Shown: positions 53,623 to 64,000 of the stretch, piece after piece
Layout of the letters: every line of letters begins with the position of its first letter
How positions within the stretch are numbered: the stretch's first letter is position 1
Origin: the human T2T-CHM13v2.0 reference genome, Homo sapiens
Strand: one strand, 5' to 3'
DNA length: 64,000 nt
NCBI RefSeq assembly: GCF_009914755.1
Contig: NC_060937.1
Notes under the pieces: generated by a model
Databases searched by the model: none
What the model was told of the DNA's origin: nothing
Seen by the model: the letters and a program-made list of their open reading frames with translations, nothing else
Position numbers and translations under genes: made by a program

Positions 53623-54469
53623 ATTTCATGTTTGTTGGGCATTTGTACACCATCTTAGAAGAATTGTCTGTTCACACCCTTTGGCCATTTTTATAGGACT
53701 ATTTGGTCGGGGGGCGGGTGTTGTTATTGCTGAGTTGAAGCACTTTGTTACATATTGTAGATTCACATATATGATTTACAAATATTTACTCCCATTCTGT
53801 AGCCTGACTTTTTATTCTGTTGATAGTTTCCTTTAATGCACAGAAGGTTTTAAGTTTGATATAGTCCCATTTGTCTAGTTTGCTTTCTGTTGCCTGTGCT
53901 TTCAATGTCATGTTTAAGAAATCCTTGGCAAATTAAATGTTCTGAAGCTTTTCTACTTGTTTTCTCCCATGACTTTCACAGTTTTAGACTTTAACCCTTA
54001 GGTCATTGATCTATTTTGAGTTGATTTTTGTTTATGGTACAAAGTAAGGGTCCAACTCTATTATTTTCATACGAATATCCAGTATTTCCAACATCTCTTG
54101 TTGAAAAGGCTGTGTAGTCTTGTTTCTTCAAAGTTTGTTTACACATATATGCACGGGTTTATTTCCAGGCTCTCTATTATGTTCAACTGGTCTGTTTTTC
54201 TTTTGCTATTGATTTCTAGTTTTACTCTCTTGCAGTTGGAGAAGATACTTTTTATGATTTTAATCTTCTTAAATGTATTAAATATTTGTTTTGTTGCCTA
54301 ACATGTGGTCTCTTTTGGAGATCAGTCCATGTGCACTTAGAAGACTATGTATTCTGCTGTTGCTGTATGGAAACTTCTATATATGTCTGTTAGGTCTCAT
54401 TGCTCTACAGTGTTATTAAAGTTCTCTACTCTGATTTTTCTTACCTACATAAATTATTTCTCTATTAGA

Positions 54470-55827
54470 TTTTTTTTAAACAATTTCAAATTTTATTTTA
54501 GATTCTGGGGGTAAATGTTCAGTTTTGTTACATGGGTAGATTGTGTGATGCTGAGCTTTGGAATATGACTGAAGCCTTCACCCAGGAAGTGAGTATAATA
54601 CCCAGTAGGTAGTTTTTCAACCCACGGCATGGCACCCTCCCTTCCAGCAGTCTCCAGTATCTATCCTCCCATCTTTATGTCTGTGGGTACTCAATGTTTA
54701 GCTCCCACTTTGAGAACATGTGGTATTTGGTTTTATGTTCCTGAGATAATTTACTTAGGATAATGGCCTTCAGCTGCATCCATGTTGCTGCAAAGTATAC
54801 GCTTTTGGTTTTTTTGTGTCTGCATGGAATTCCATTGTGTATCTGTACCATATTTTCCTCATTCAATCCACTCCTGATGGGCACCTAGGTTGATTCTATG
54901 TCTTTGCTATTGTGAAGAGTACTGCAATGAACATAAAAATACACGTGCCTTTTTTGGGAACAATTTAATTTCTTCGGGTATGCACCCTGTAATGAGATTG
55001 CAGGGTTGAATGGCAGTTCTAAGTTCCTTTAGAAATATCCAAACGGCTTTCCACAGAGACTGAACTAATTTGCATTTCCACTAAAGTGTTCCCTTTTCTC
55101 TGTAGCCTCACCAACTTCAGTTATTTTTTGACTTTTTAATAATAGCCATTCTGACTGGTGTGAGATGCTATTTCATTGTGGTTATGGTTTGCATTTCTAT
55201 GATGATTAGCGATGTTGAGCATTTTTTCATGTTTTTTGGCCACTTGTATGTTCTCTTTTTGAGAAGTGTTTATGTCTTTTGCCAATTTTTAATGTGAGAT
55301 TTTTTTTTTTTTGCTTGCTGGTTTTCTTTAAATTTGTTATAAATTCTGGATATTAGACTCTTGTCAGATACATAGTTTACAAATATTTTCTCCCGTTCTG
55401 TAGATTGTTCCCTATATTCTGTTGAGAGTTTATTTTGCTGTGCAGAAACTCTTTCATTTAATTAGGTACACTTGGAGAAACTTTTTGAGTTGGAATTACT
55501 TTTGAGGACTTAGCCATAAATTGTTTGCCAAGGCTGATGTTGAGTAGGCTATTTCTTAATTTTCCTTCTAGGATTCTTATAGTTTGAAGTTTTACATTTA
55601 GATCGTCAATCCATCTTGAGTTCATTTTTGTATATGATGAAAAGTAGGGGTCTGATTTTATTCTTCTGCATAAGACCAGTTATCCCAGAACCGTTTGTTG
55701 AATAGGAAGTTCTTTTCTCATTGCTTGTTTGTGGGGACTTTGTCAAAGATCAAATAGTTATAGGTGTGTGGCTGTATTTCAGGGTTTCTTTATTCCATTT
55801 CACTGATCTATGGGTCTGTTTTTGTGC
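54470..55827 (-). mobile_element. L1PA15/16-like 5'-truncated L1 nested in the L1MB
   Basis: ttttattttagattctgggggtaaatgttcagttttgttacatgggtagattgtgtgatgctgag...cacccaggaagtgagtataatacccagtaggtagtttttcaaccc. Confidence 0.88.
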
Positions 55828-58119
55828 TGCTCTTTACTGATATTCTGTCTGGTTGTTCTAATCATAACTGAAACTGGGCTATGGAAGACTACTATTGTTA
55901 TTGTGTTGCTATCTATTTCTCTCTTCAATTCTGGCAGTGTTTGCTTCATATATTTAAGGGCTCTAATGCTTACATATATACATTTATAATTGTCATATTT
56001 TTCTGCTGAATTATTTTATCATATTATAATGTTCATCTTTTTCCCTTGTGAGTGCTTTTGTCTCCATACATATTGGGTCTAATATATGTATGGGCATACC
56101 TGCTGTCTTTAAGTTCTCAGTTATGTAGCATATCCTTTTTCATCCTTTTACGTTCAGCTTATATGTGTCTGTAGATATAAAGTGAGTCTTTTGTAGACAG
56201 CATACAGTTGGATCCTGGGTTTTGTTTTTTAACTTAATTTTTTTTTTTATTTATTCAGCCCCTCTGTGTCCTTTAATTGGTGACTTGAAATTCACATATA
56301 TTTATAGTAATCACTAATAAGAAGATAATAATACCATTTCAGTCATTATTTTCTATATGTCTTGTAGCTGTATTATCTCCTTTCTCCTCTTGTTTGCTTC
56401 CTTTGTGTTCTATTGTTTCTTTTCTTTTTGTGTGGTGACATGTTTTGATTCTCTTTTCATTTCATTTTGTGCACATTCTATAATTTCTTTGTGACTAACA
56501 TTATATTGCATAAAATATTTTTAAATTATAGCAATCTATTTCTAATTGATAGCAACTTAGTTTTAATCACATATAAAAATTTTACTCTTTTGCATCTGTT
56601 TTTACACTTAATGTAATTGATGATACAAATTTTCTCCTTTTATTATATATCTATTAACATAAATTTAGCTACATTTTACGCTTTTTTCTTTAAAATTATT
56701 TACTAAATTTAAAAGTAATGTGTATAACTATATTACAATACTACAAGATCCTATATTGTCTGTAAACTTACTGTTGACAAAGAGTTTTGTATTTTCAGAC
56801 AGTTTTGTTATGCTGTATAGTGTCTTTTTTGTTTCAAATTAAAGGATTCTCTTTAGCATTTCTTGTAGGGCAGAAATGGATACATAAATTGTCAAATAAT
56901 TCATCAAAAAGTGATGAATTATTTGATAATTCATGTATCCATTTTTTTAGGGTCAGTTTCTGAAAAAAAGTATTTTTTTCTTTTAGTTGGACCATGTTTT
57001 TGTTTCTTTATATGCCTGTTATATTTTGTTGGGACTTGGGAACTTGAAAGCAATACCATCACTCTTATTAGTCTTTACGGTCTGGACTCATACGGGCAGG
57101 ACATTCACCAATCAACCTGGCTAAAGATTCTGGAAGCCTTTTCTGGGGATATGTCTTCTTTGTGCTGTACATATAATTCCCTAGATAAGGAGCACTTATT
57201 TCTACTCAAGAGTGCTCCTTGGTGATTATTGGTGATACTGCTGACTCTCTAGTGCTAGGCAAACTGAGGAGTTCTTCTTTGTTTTAAGAAGCCCTCATCC
57301 TAGTGCCTATTACTGTCAGCATTTATATTCCGGCAAGACAGAAATCAATCCCTCAAAGAGCTATCTAAAAATGGCAGAAGGTTGGACATACATGCCATTC
57401 TTCTTATTCTCCCTAGACAGAAGCTGGAAGTTGAAAATTTTCTCCTGATCAGGCCATGCTTCCTGGGAGGAGAAGCTATTGGAAGGACATTGCTGTGAAT
57501 ATTCCTGTCAGCTTTCATGTGGTTCTTCTTGGGTTGCTTGCACTGCAAGAACGTCTTAAATGTTTCCTAGATTTTTCACAATAGTAATTTCTTTATGTAT
57601 TGTTGTCATGGGAGAAGGAAAACCTAGAGCTTCCCATTTAGCCATCTTGCTAATGTCATCCTTCCTGGAAAGAAGTTTGTTTTATGTGCACAAATATAAA
57701 CTCAGTATTTTTTCTGCTATCCATTTCAAAACTAATGAAGTTCTATTAATGATAAAAAGGATATTCTGCTTGATAAAAGATGAAAGAATTTTGGTTATAT
57801 TTTTCATAGAAATTGTATGATTTAGGGTAATATAATTTTTATTTAGTCTGCAGTCATTATTTTAGAAAAGTTTTGCTTTTGTTAAAACTGTATTAATTTT
57901 ATAAAGCAAAAGAATCCATTTGCTCTGGACAAATGTCAGTTCTTAGTGAGGGCAGGGACCAATAATTTCCAGAAAGTTGATAACATGACATTATAATTTG
58001 AGTATATTTTTTTGAATCTGTTGTGGTTTTGATTATAAGCAATACTAAGATAAGAATTTAGGCACACAACTTAATACAGATTGATAAATTTAGGCTCTGT
58101 TTAATCAATTCTCAGTGAA

Positions 58120-58432
58120 GATGCTGCTACTTTACTTAGACATTGGGTGATTTGTTCATGTTATTTAATCTCTCTGAATGTCAGTTTTCTTATATCTAAA
58201 ATATTGTAAGGATAATACCCACTTAAAAGGATTGTTCTGAAGATTAAATAATACTAACAATAATAGTAGCAGAAGCAGTAGTAACAGTAATACTAGCAGT
58301 ATTGGCTAACATATATTGACTGCCTATCATGTGTTGGGCAGAGTGTTAAGAGGTTTACATGCATTAACTCATAGCACATTTTCTGAAATACAATATTAGC
58401 ACTCAATAAATGTTAACTCATTGTCATTATTA
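58120..58432 (+). mobile_element. MIR with an antisense MIR 3' fragment (about 58255-58372) inside it
   Basis: ttatttaatctctctgaatgtcagttttcttatatctaaaat...ggattgttctgaagattaaata, then ggctaacatatattgactgcctatcatgtg (antisense), then gcactcaataaatgttaac. Confidence 0.7.
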
Positions 58433-59570
58433 CTGCCACTATTCATGAAAAGCACCAAATTGAATTTGATTACAAAATTACATGACAGGTCACTAGAAAA
58501 AAACCTATGTTGAAAGAGGCAATAGAGAATTCTAATTTTAGTGAAAAAAATCATTTGTAACAGAAAAAAATGCCTGTATATTTTATACCACCAGAAATGA
58601 TTTTAAAGAAATTTGAGACATTGAAAGTTGTTTTTACCTTTAAGCTTTTTATTGGATAACTGTACCCAATAAAGGACGTACTGGTTCTTTCTTTCTATTA
58701 TTGATATTCTTACTTTCTCATTTAAAGTTTCCTCTGGCCACCAAAGTCTCTCATTTTAGTGTGATTCAATGGATCTATTTCTTTTTCTTTATTCATACAT
58801 AGCAAGAATTTCAGGACTTATTATATTATAGTTTTTATCTCTTCTGATATCTGTGAAAATAGACTGATAATATTTTATGTACCTATACATCTATACATTA
58901 CTCATTTTCATTAAAAACTCATTAAGACACATACATATGTGTTTGTGCACATGTGTGTCTATCTGTTTACTAAAATGATATCTCTGTTTAAAAGAAAACA
59001 CTTTCAATTTAAATCTTAAATTTTGTATTTTTCATGCTCATGCATTGATAAACAGATGAAATAATATGTTTTGGTCTGGATGGCTTTTAGTAGGCTCTGG
59101 AATTGCCACGTAGGTTTTTTCTGCATTGATCATATTATCTTTGGGGATGCCTCTATTCAAGAACATCAGCGATCCAGATTTTTAGCAAATATTTTTTATG
59201 GTTTCCTTGTCCTAAAACATGACTTGACTCTTGTCATCCCATAACTTTTTAAAAATATATATATTTTATATAATTTTGTTCCCTTATATTATGATTTAAC
59301 TATTTGATCTGTGGTAGAACACATATATTCTTTTTGTGAAAAAATAAATAGCAGTTGATTGAGAAAAACTAACAGGTTTGAGCAATACAGGTTAAGGAAT
59401 TAAGTACAGAGATTAATTTTTTTTTTCATTCAGAGTTCTTCACATTAACATTGGAATTCATATAAATGTAGTGTCTTTAGGGCATTAAAATATAAGCAAA
59501 AATAGTGGTAACCTATGTCAGGGAGAAAAGTATCAGTTATAACCACTCTTCCTCTTTTAAGATTCTACAT

Positions 59571-59722
59571 CAGTGCTACTCAGATTTCAGTGTTTCCAGG
59601 AATTACCTTACAATCTCATAAAAATTTGATTTCAATATTCTAGGTCTGGAGTGAAATTTAACTGTGCATTTCTAACCAGCTCTTAGTGGGTGGTTGCCAG
59701 ATACCAGATGACATCTTGAGCT
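59571..59722. mobile_element. MER5B-like DNA transposon fossil
   Basis: cagtgctactcaga...taggtctggagtgaa...tgcatttctaaccagctc. Confidence 0.6.
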
Positions 59723-59917
59723 TTCCAAGGAAAAATAATCTAAACTCAAGTAAATTGTATAATGTTACTTTAAAAGTATTTAGGGGAACAAAGCAGCTCA
59801 AAATCCCTGACTTTATAATAAAAAATTTATTCCTATGGAAACCAAACAATTCAAGCAACTAAAAATCAGTTAACACAGTTTGTTAGTTAAGATGACAAAA
59901 AATATATATCCTTTTCA

Positions 59918-62900
59918 GAGAAGCGCTTCAAGATGGCTAACTAGAGACATCCAGCACTCACCTCCACAAAGAACAAAAATAGCAATAGATAATCACAGTT
60001 TGAATAGTGGATGATATGGTTTGGCTGTGTTCCCACCCAAATCCCATCCTGAATTTTAGCTCCCATAATTTCCATGTGTTGTGGGAGGGACCCAGTGGGA
60101 GATAATTGAATCATGGGGGCTGTTTCTCCCATACTGTCCTCATAAGTCTCACAAGATCTGGTGGTTTTATAACAGGATTCTTCTTTCACTCGGCTCTCAT
60201 TCTCTCTTGCCTGCTGCTATGTGAGATGGGTCTTTTGCCTTCCACCATGATTGTGAGGCCTCCCCAGCCATGTGGAACTGCGAGTCCATTAAACCTTTTT
60301 TTTCCTTATAAATTACCAAGTCTCAGGTATGTTTTTATCAGGAGTGTGAGAACAGACTAATACAGTAAATTGGTACTGGTAGCTTGAGACACTGCTGTAA
60401 AGGTATCCAAAAATGTGGAAGCAAGTTTGGAACTGGGTAACAAGCAGAGGCTGGAAAAATTTGGAGGGCTCAGAAGCCAGAAAAATGTGTGAAAGTTTGG
60501 AGTTCCCTAGAGACTTGTTGAATGGCTTTGACCAAAATGCTGATAATGATAAGGACAATGAAATACAGGCTAAGGTTGTCTCAGATGGAGATTAGGAACT
60601 TGCTGGGAAGTGGCGTAAAGGTGACTCTTGCTATGTTTTAGCAAAGAGACTGGTGGCGTTTTGCCCCTGCCCTAGAGATCTGTGCAACTTTGAATTTGAG
60701 GGAGATGATTTAGAATATTTGGTGGAAGAAATTTCGAAGGAGCAAAGTACTCAAGAGGTGACTTGGGTGCTGTTAAAAGCATTCAGTTTTAAAAGGGAAA
60801 CAGCATGAAAGTCAGAAAATTTACAGCCTGACAATATTGATAGGAAAGAAAATCCCATTTTCTGAGGAGAAATTCAAGCCAGCTGCAGAAATTTGCATGA
60901 GTAACAAGAAGCCAAATGTTAATCACAAAGACAACAGGCAAAATGTCTTCAGCACATGTCAGAGACCATTGCAACTGGCCCTTCCATCACAGGCCCAGAG
61001 GCCTAGAAGGAAAAAATGGTTTCATGGGCTGGGCCCAGGACCTCCTGCTGTATGCAGCCAAGCGACTTGGTGCCCTGCATCCCAGCCACGCTAGCCACAG
61101 CTAAAAAGGGCCAAGGTACAGCTTGGGCTGTGGCTTCAGAGAGTACAAGCCACAAGCCTTGGCAGTTTCCATGTGGTGTTGAACCTCGGGTGCACGGAAG
61201 TCAAGAATTGAGGTTTGGAAACCTCCGCCTAGATTTCAGAGCATGTATGGAAGTGACTAAATGTCCATGCATAAGTTTGCTGCAGGGGAGAGGAGCTCAT
61301 GGAGAACCTCTGCTAGGATAGTGTGAAAGGGAAATAAGGGGTTGAAGCCCACACAGAGTCCCTACTGGGGCACTACCTAGTGGAGCTATGAGAAGAGGGC
61401 CACCATCCTCCCAAATCCAGAATGGCAGATCCACTGACAGCTTGCACCATGCTCCTGGAAAAGCTACAGGCACTCTACAATAGCAACCAAGAAGGAAGCT
61501 GTACTCTGCAAAGCCACAGAGACAGAGCTTCCCCAGGCCGTGGGAACTCACCTCTTGCATGACTGCATATAAGACATGGAGTCAAAGGAGATCATTTGGG
61601 AGCTTTAAGATATGACTTCCCTGCTGGATTTTGGACTTGCATGGGTCTTTAGTCTATTCATTTTGGCCAATTTCTCTCATTTGGAATAGGTGTATTTATC
61701 CAAAGCCTTATCCCCATTGTATCCAGGAAGTAACAACTTGCTTTTGATTTTACAGGCTCATAGGTGAAAGAGACTTGCCTTGTCTCAGATGAGACTTTGG
61801 ATGTGTACTTGTGAGTTAATGCTGAAATGAGTTAAGACTTTGGGGGACTGTTGGGAGAGCATGATTGGTTGTGAAATGTGAGGACATGAGATTTGGGATG
61901 GGCCAGTGGTGGAATGATTTCATGGGAGGGAAAATGAGGGACACTATTCATAGTATGTGGCATAAGAAATTTGGCTGGGTCTCCACCCAAATCCCATCTT
62001 GAATTGGAGCTCCCATAATTCCAAGTGTTGTAGGAGGGACCCAGTGGGAGATAATCAAATCATGGGGGTGATTTCCTCCATACTGTTCTAGTGGTAGTGA
62101 ATAAGTCTCATAAGATCTGATGATTTTATAAGGGGTTTCTTCTTTCACTTGGCTCTCACTTCTCTTGCCTGCTGCCATATAAGAGGTACCTTTTGCCTTA
62201 CAACATGATTGTGAGGCCTCCCCAGCTACGTGGAACTCTGAGTCCATTAAACCTCTTTTTCTTTATAAATTACCGTCTTAGGTATGTCTTTATCAGCAGC
62301 ATGAAAACAGACTAATACAGAGCATCTAAGACAGAACACTGAAATTTAACAGAGAAGCAAAAGAAAACAACCGAGGCACAAAAGGAGAAATGAGTGAGAA
62401 AGCCATCTCAGTTGGGATTGGCTGGGAACCTGAAGAAGCTCCCCAGTGTGGGGAAAGAGTGAATGGGAGATTCCCTGCAGTTCATATTCCCACCATAGAA
62501 TCTTACAACTCTAGCCATGGAAGAGCCCCTCCAACCTTGCAGGCCATTAGAATAGCATAGAGAGATGCCTGGAGACCACACAGCAGCATTGTCCCAGAAA
62601 GGGAGCTCGTGCTAGTTCCCACAAACACCACAAGTACTAAGCAGCTTATGCATGGCACCATTTTGAGGGCCTGGTCCCCACCAGACTTCATTTTGCCCTA
62701 TGGCCCAACAACCGCTGCCACTCCATGGCCCCAGGCACCACTAAAATCACCCTGCATTCATCCAGAGGCTGGCAGTCACATAATGCCTGTTAGATGTAGA
62801 GTCCCCTGCAGTCTAGCAGACATATTGTCCTGCTCCCTGGAGAATGGGCAGTGCTATGCACCAGGGATGCTGCCCTTGAGACAAAGGGAACCAGAGTGCC

Positions 62901-64000
62901 CACTCTCCAGATCCTGAAATCTGACTGTCTGTGGTCACTGCCATTGAGAACAACACTGCTTCCACTATCAGCAGGGCCCTCACACATTTGCACAAGTCCT
63001 GAGGATTGGCTCTTTCTGTCCACTGTTAGTGTTATTTTCACCATCCACACATGTTACCAGGGGCCACGGGAATCATGCAACAATGCCCACCATATCCCCT
63101 ATCCATTTGCACTGCTAAGAGGCCTAAGTATCGGCTCAGCTAGCTTGGCATCACCTCCCAAGCCCCAGTACAAAAGCATACTGCCCAGGCACCTTTGTAT
63201 CACCCCAACCCATGTAGCTCATGCACCTCATGCTGATATCTATGTATTCCTACCAGGGACCTGAGGATGGGCCCCTCCCTGCTTCTACTACCACCACAGC
63301 CACAACCTGCACAAGCCACCTGAGGACCTGAGGACTGGCCTATCCAATAGCCACTAATAACACAAGCTCATGCCGTATGGGAGCCTAGGGTTTTCCAACC
63401 ACTGCTTTGGCCATTGCTGCAACATGCTTGCTGCCCAAAGCTTAAGGCCCAACCCCTTGCTACCTCAGCACTATCACTGCAAAACACCCAAGAAAACCAC
63501 CTAGAGGCCTCAGAATTGGCCCACTTAGACCCACCAACACTGGTCCACATGTATGCCACCTGGGGCCCACGGACAGGAACGCTTGACCCACTGATGCCAC
63601 TATTCAAGCCTGAGGACTGGCTCACCTAGTGTTCCCATTCCCAGCAAAACTTCACCCAAAGCCTTCACTAACGACCACAGCCTAAGCCACTGTGGAAATC
63701 ACATACATCATCAGCATTGCTTAAAGCCAAAGAAATCATACAAAGAATACACACCACATGCACCCAGAATAAATGATGAATTATCATATTTAACAAACAC
63801 AATAGATAAATATGCAGGAAAAAGGCCTCCCTTAAAAAAGCCAATCCAAAAAAGTGGAAGAAAGGACTGTTAAACCAGATATGCAGATATCAACGTATGA
63901 ACAGAAGAAAGATTAAAAAGCAAGGAAAGATAACATTTCCAAAAAAACACAGTAATTCTCTAGCAATAGATTCCAATGAAAAAAAAATTTATAAAATGTT
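59918..64000 (+). mobile_element. L1M/L1MA-type 5'UTR and start of ORF1, interrupted by THE1; runs off the window
   Basis: caagatggctaactagagacatcc...gataatcacagtttgaata|THE1|gagcatctaagacagaacactgaa; repeated cctgaggactggc motifs; ORF1-like aaaaagcaaggaaagataacatttccaaa near 63915. Confidence 0.8.
60012..62319 (+). mobile_element. Complete THE1 (MaLR) element: 5'LTR 60012-60364, internal 60365-61914, 3'LTR 61915-62319
   Basis: both LTRs run tgat...tttggctg to gactaataca; internal region starts gtaaattggtac and ends in a purine tract; both LTRs share the atcccatc variant; flanks gtgga/gagca (diverged TSD). Confidence 0.95.

Larger units (their letters stand above)
52125..57665 (-). mobile_element. 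L1MB-like LINE-1, internally deleted, hosting LTR17 and an L1PA
   Basis: 3' end acattaaatttaccaccttaattatttttaagtgtacagttcgatagtgttaa...acagatctctagaa; ORF2 pieces; 5' end-like gccatcttgctaatgtcatc. Confidence 0.8.

Noticed and set aside
60313-61560. ORFs in the THE1 internal region
   Set aside because: Short, frameshifted remnants of a non-autonomous MaLR internal sequence
62503-63629. 137-aa ORF and recurring cctgaggactggc-like motifs resembling a spaced repeat array
   Set aside because: Part of the L1 5'UTR, which is internally repetitive; spacing is irregular and units are degenerate, so not CRISPR-like

Overview
AT-rich primate (most likely human) intronic or intergenic DNA dominated by transposon fossils. 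I recognise no host protein-coding exon, RNA gene, CRISPR array or prokaryote-type system. The recognisable ORFs in the track are broken L1 ORF2 pieces; the rest look like chance frames in repeats or AT-rich DNA. The window holds six Alus, many L1s, several LTR elements, an orphan ERVL integrase fragment, and MIR, L2, L3/CR1 and MER5 fossils plus microsatellites. The L1s include a young 5'-truncated L1PA, a twin-primed L1PB, and a full-length L1MA4-like copy with a degenerate TSD and a nested L1PA8. The LTR elements are a HERV-W LTR17 solo LTR, a complete THE1, a THE1 solo LTR, and MSTB-, LTR16- and MER74-like LTRs. Best leads: plus-strand splice signals (AG|GT recursive-splice-like sites, a THE1 LTR bracketed exactly by an acceptor and a donor, an L3-derived pseudo-exon), CpG retention in LTR17, a 51-nt foreign insert in a THE1 LTR, and several palindromes. 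None demonstrates a new biological system. Subfamily names come from my recollection of consensus sequences, not a RepeatMasker run, and boundaries of old repeats are approximate.
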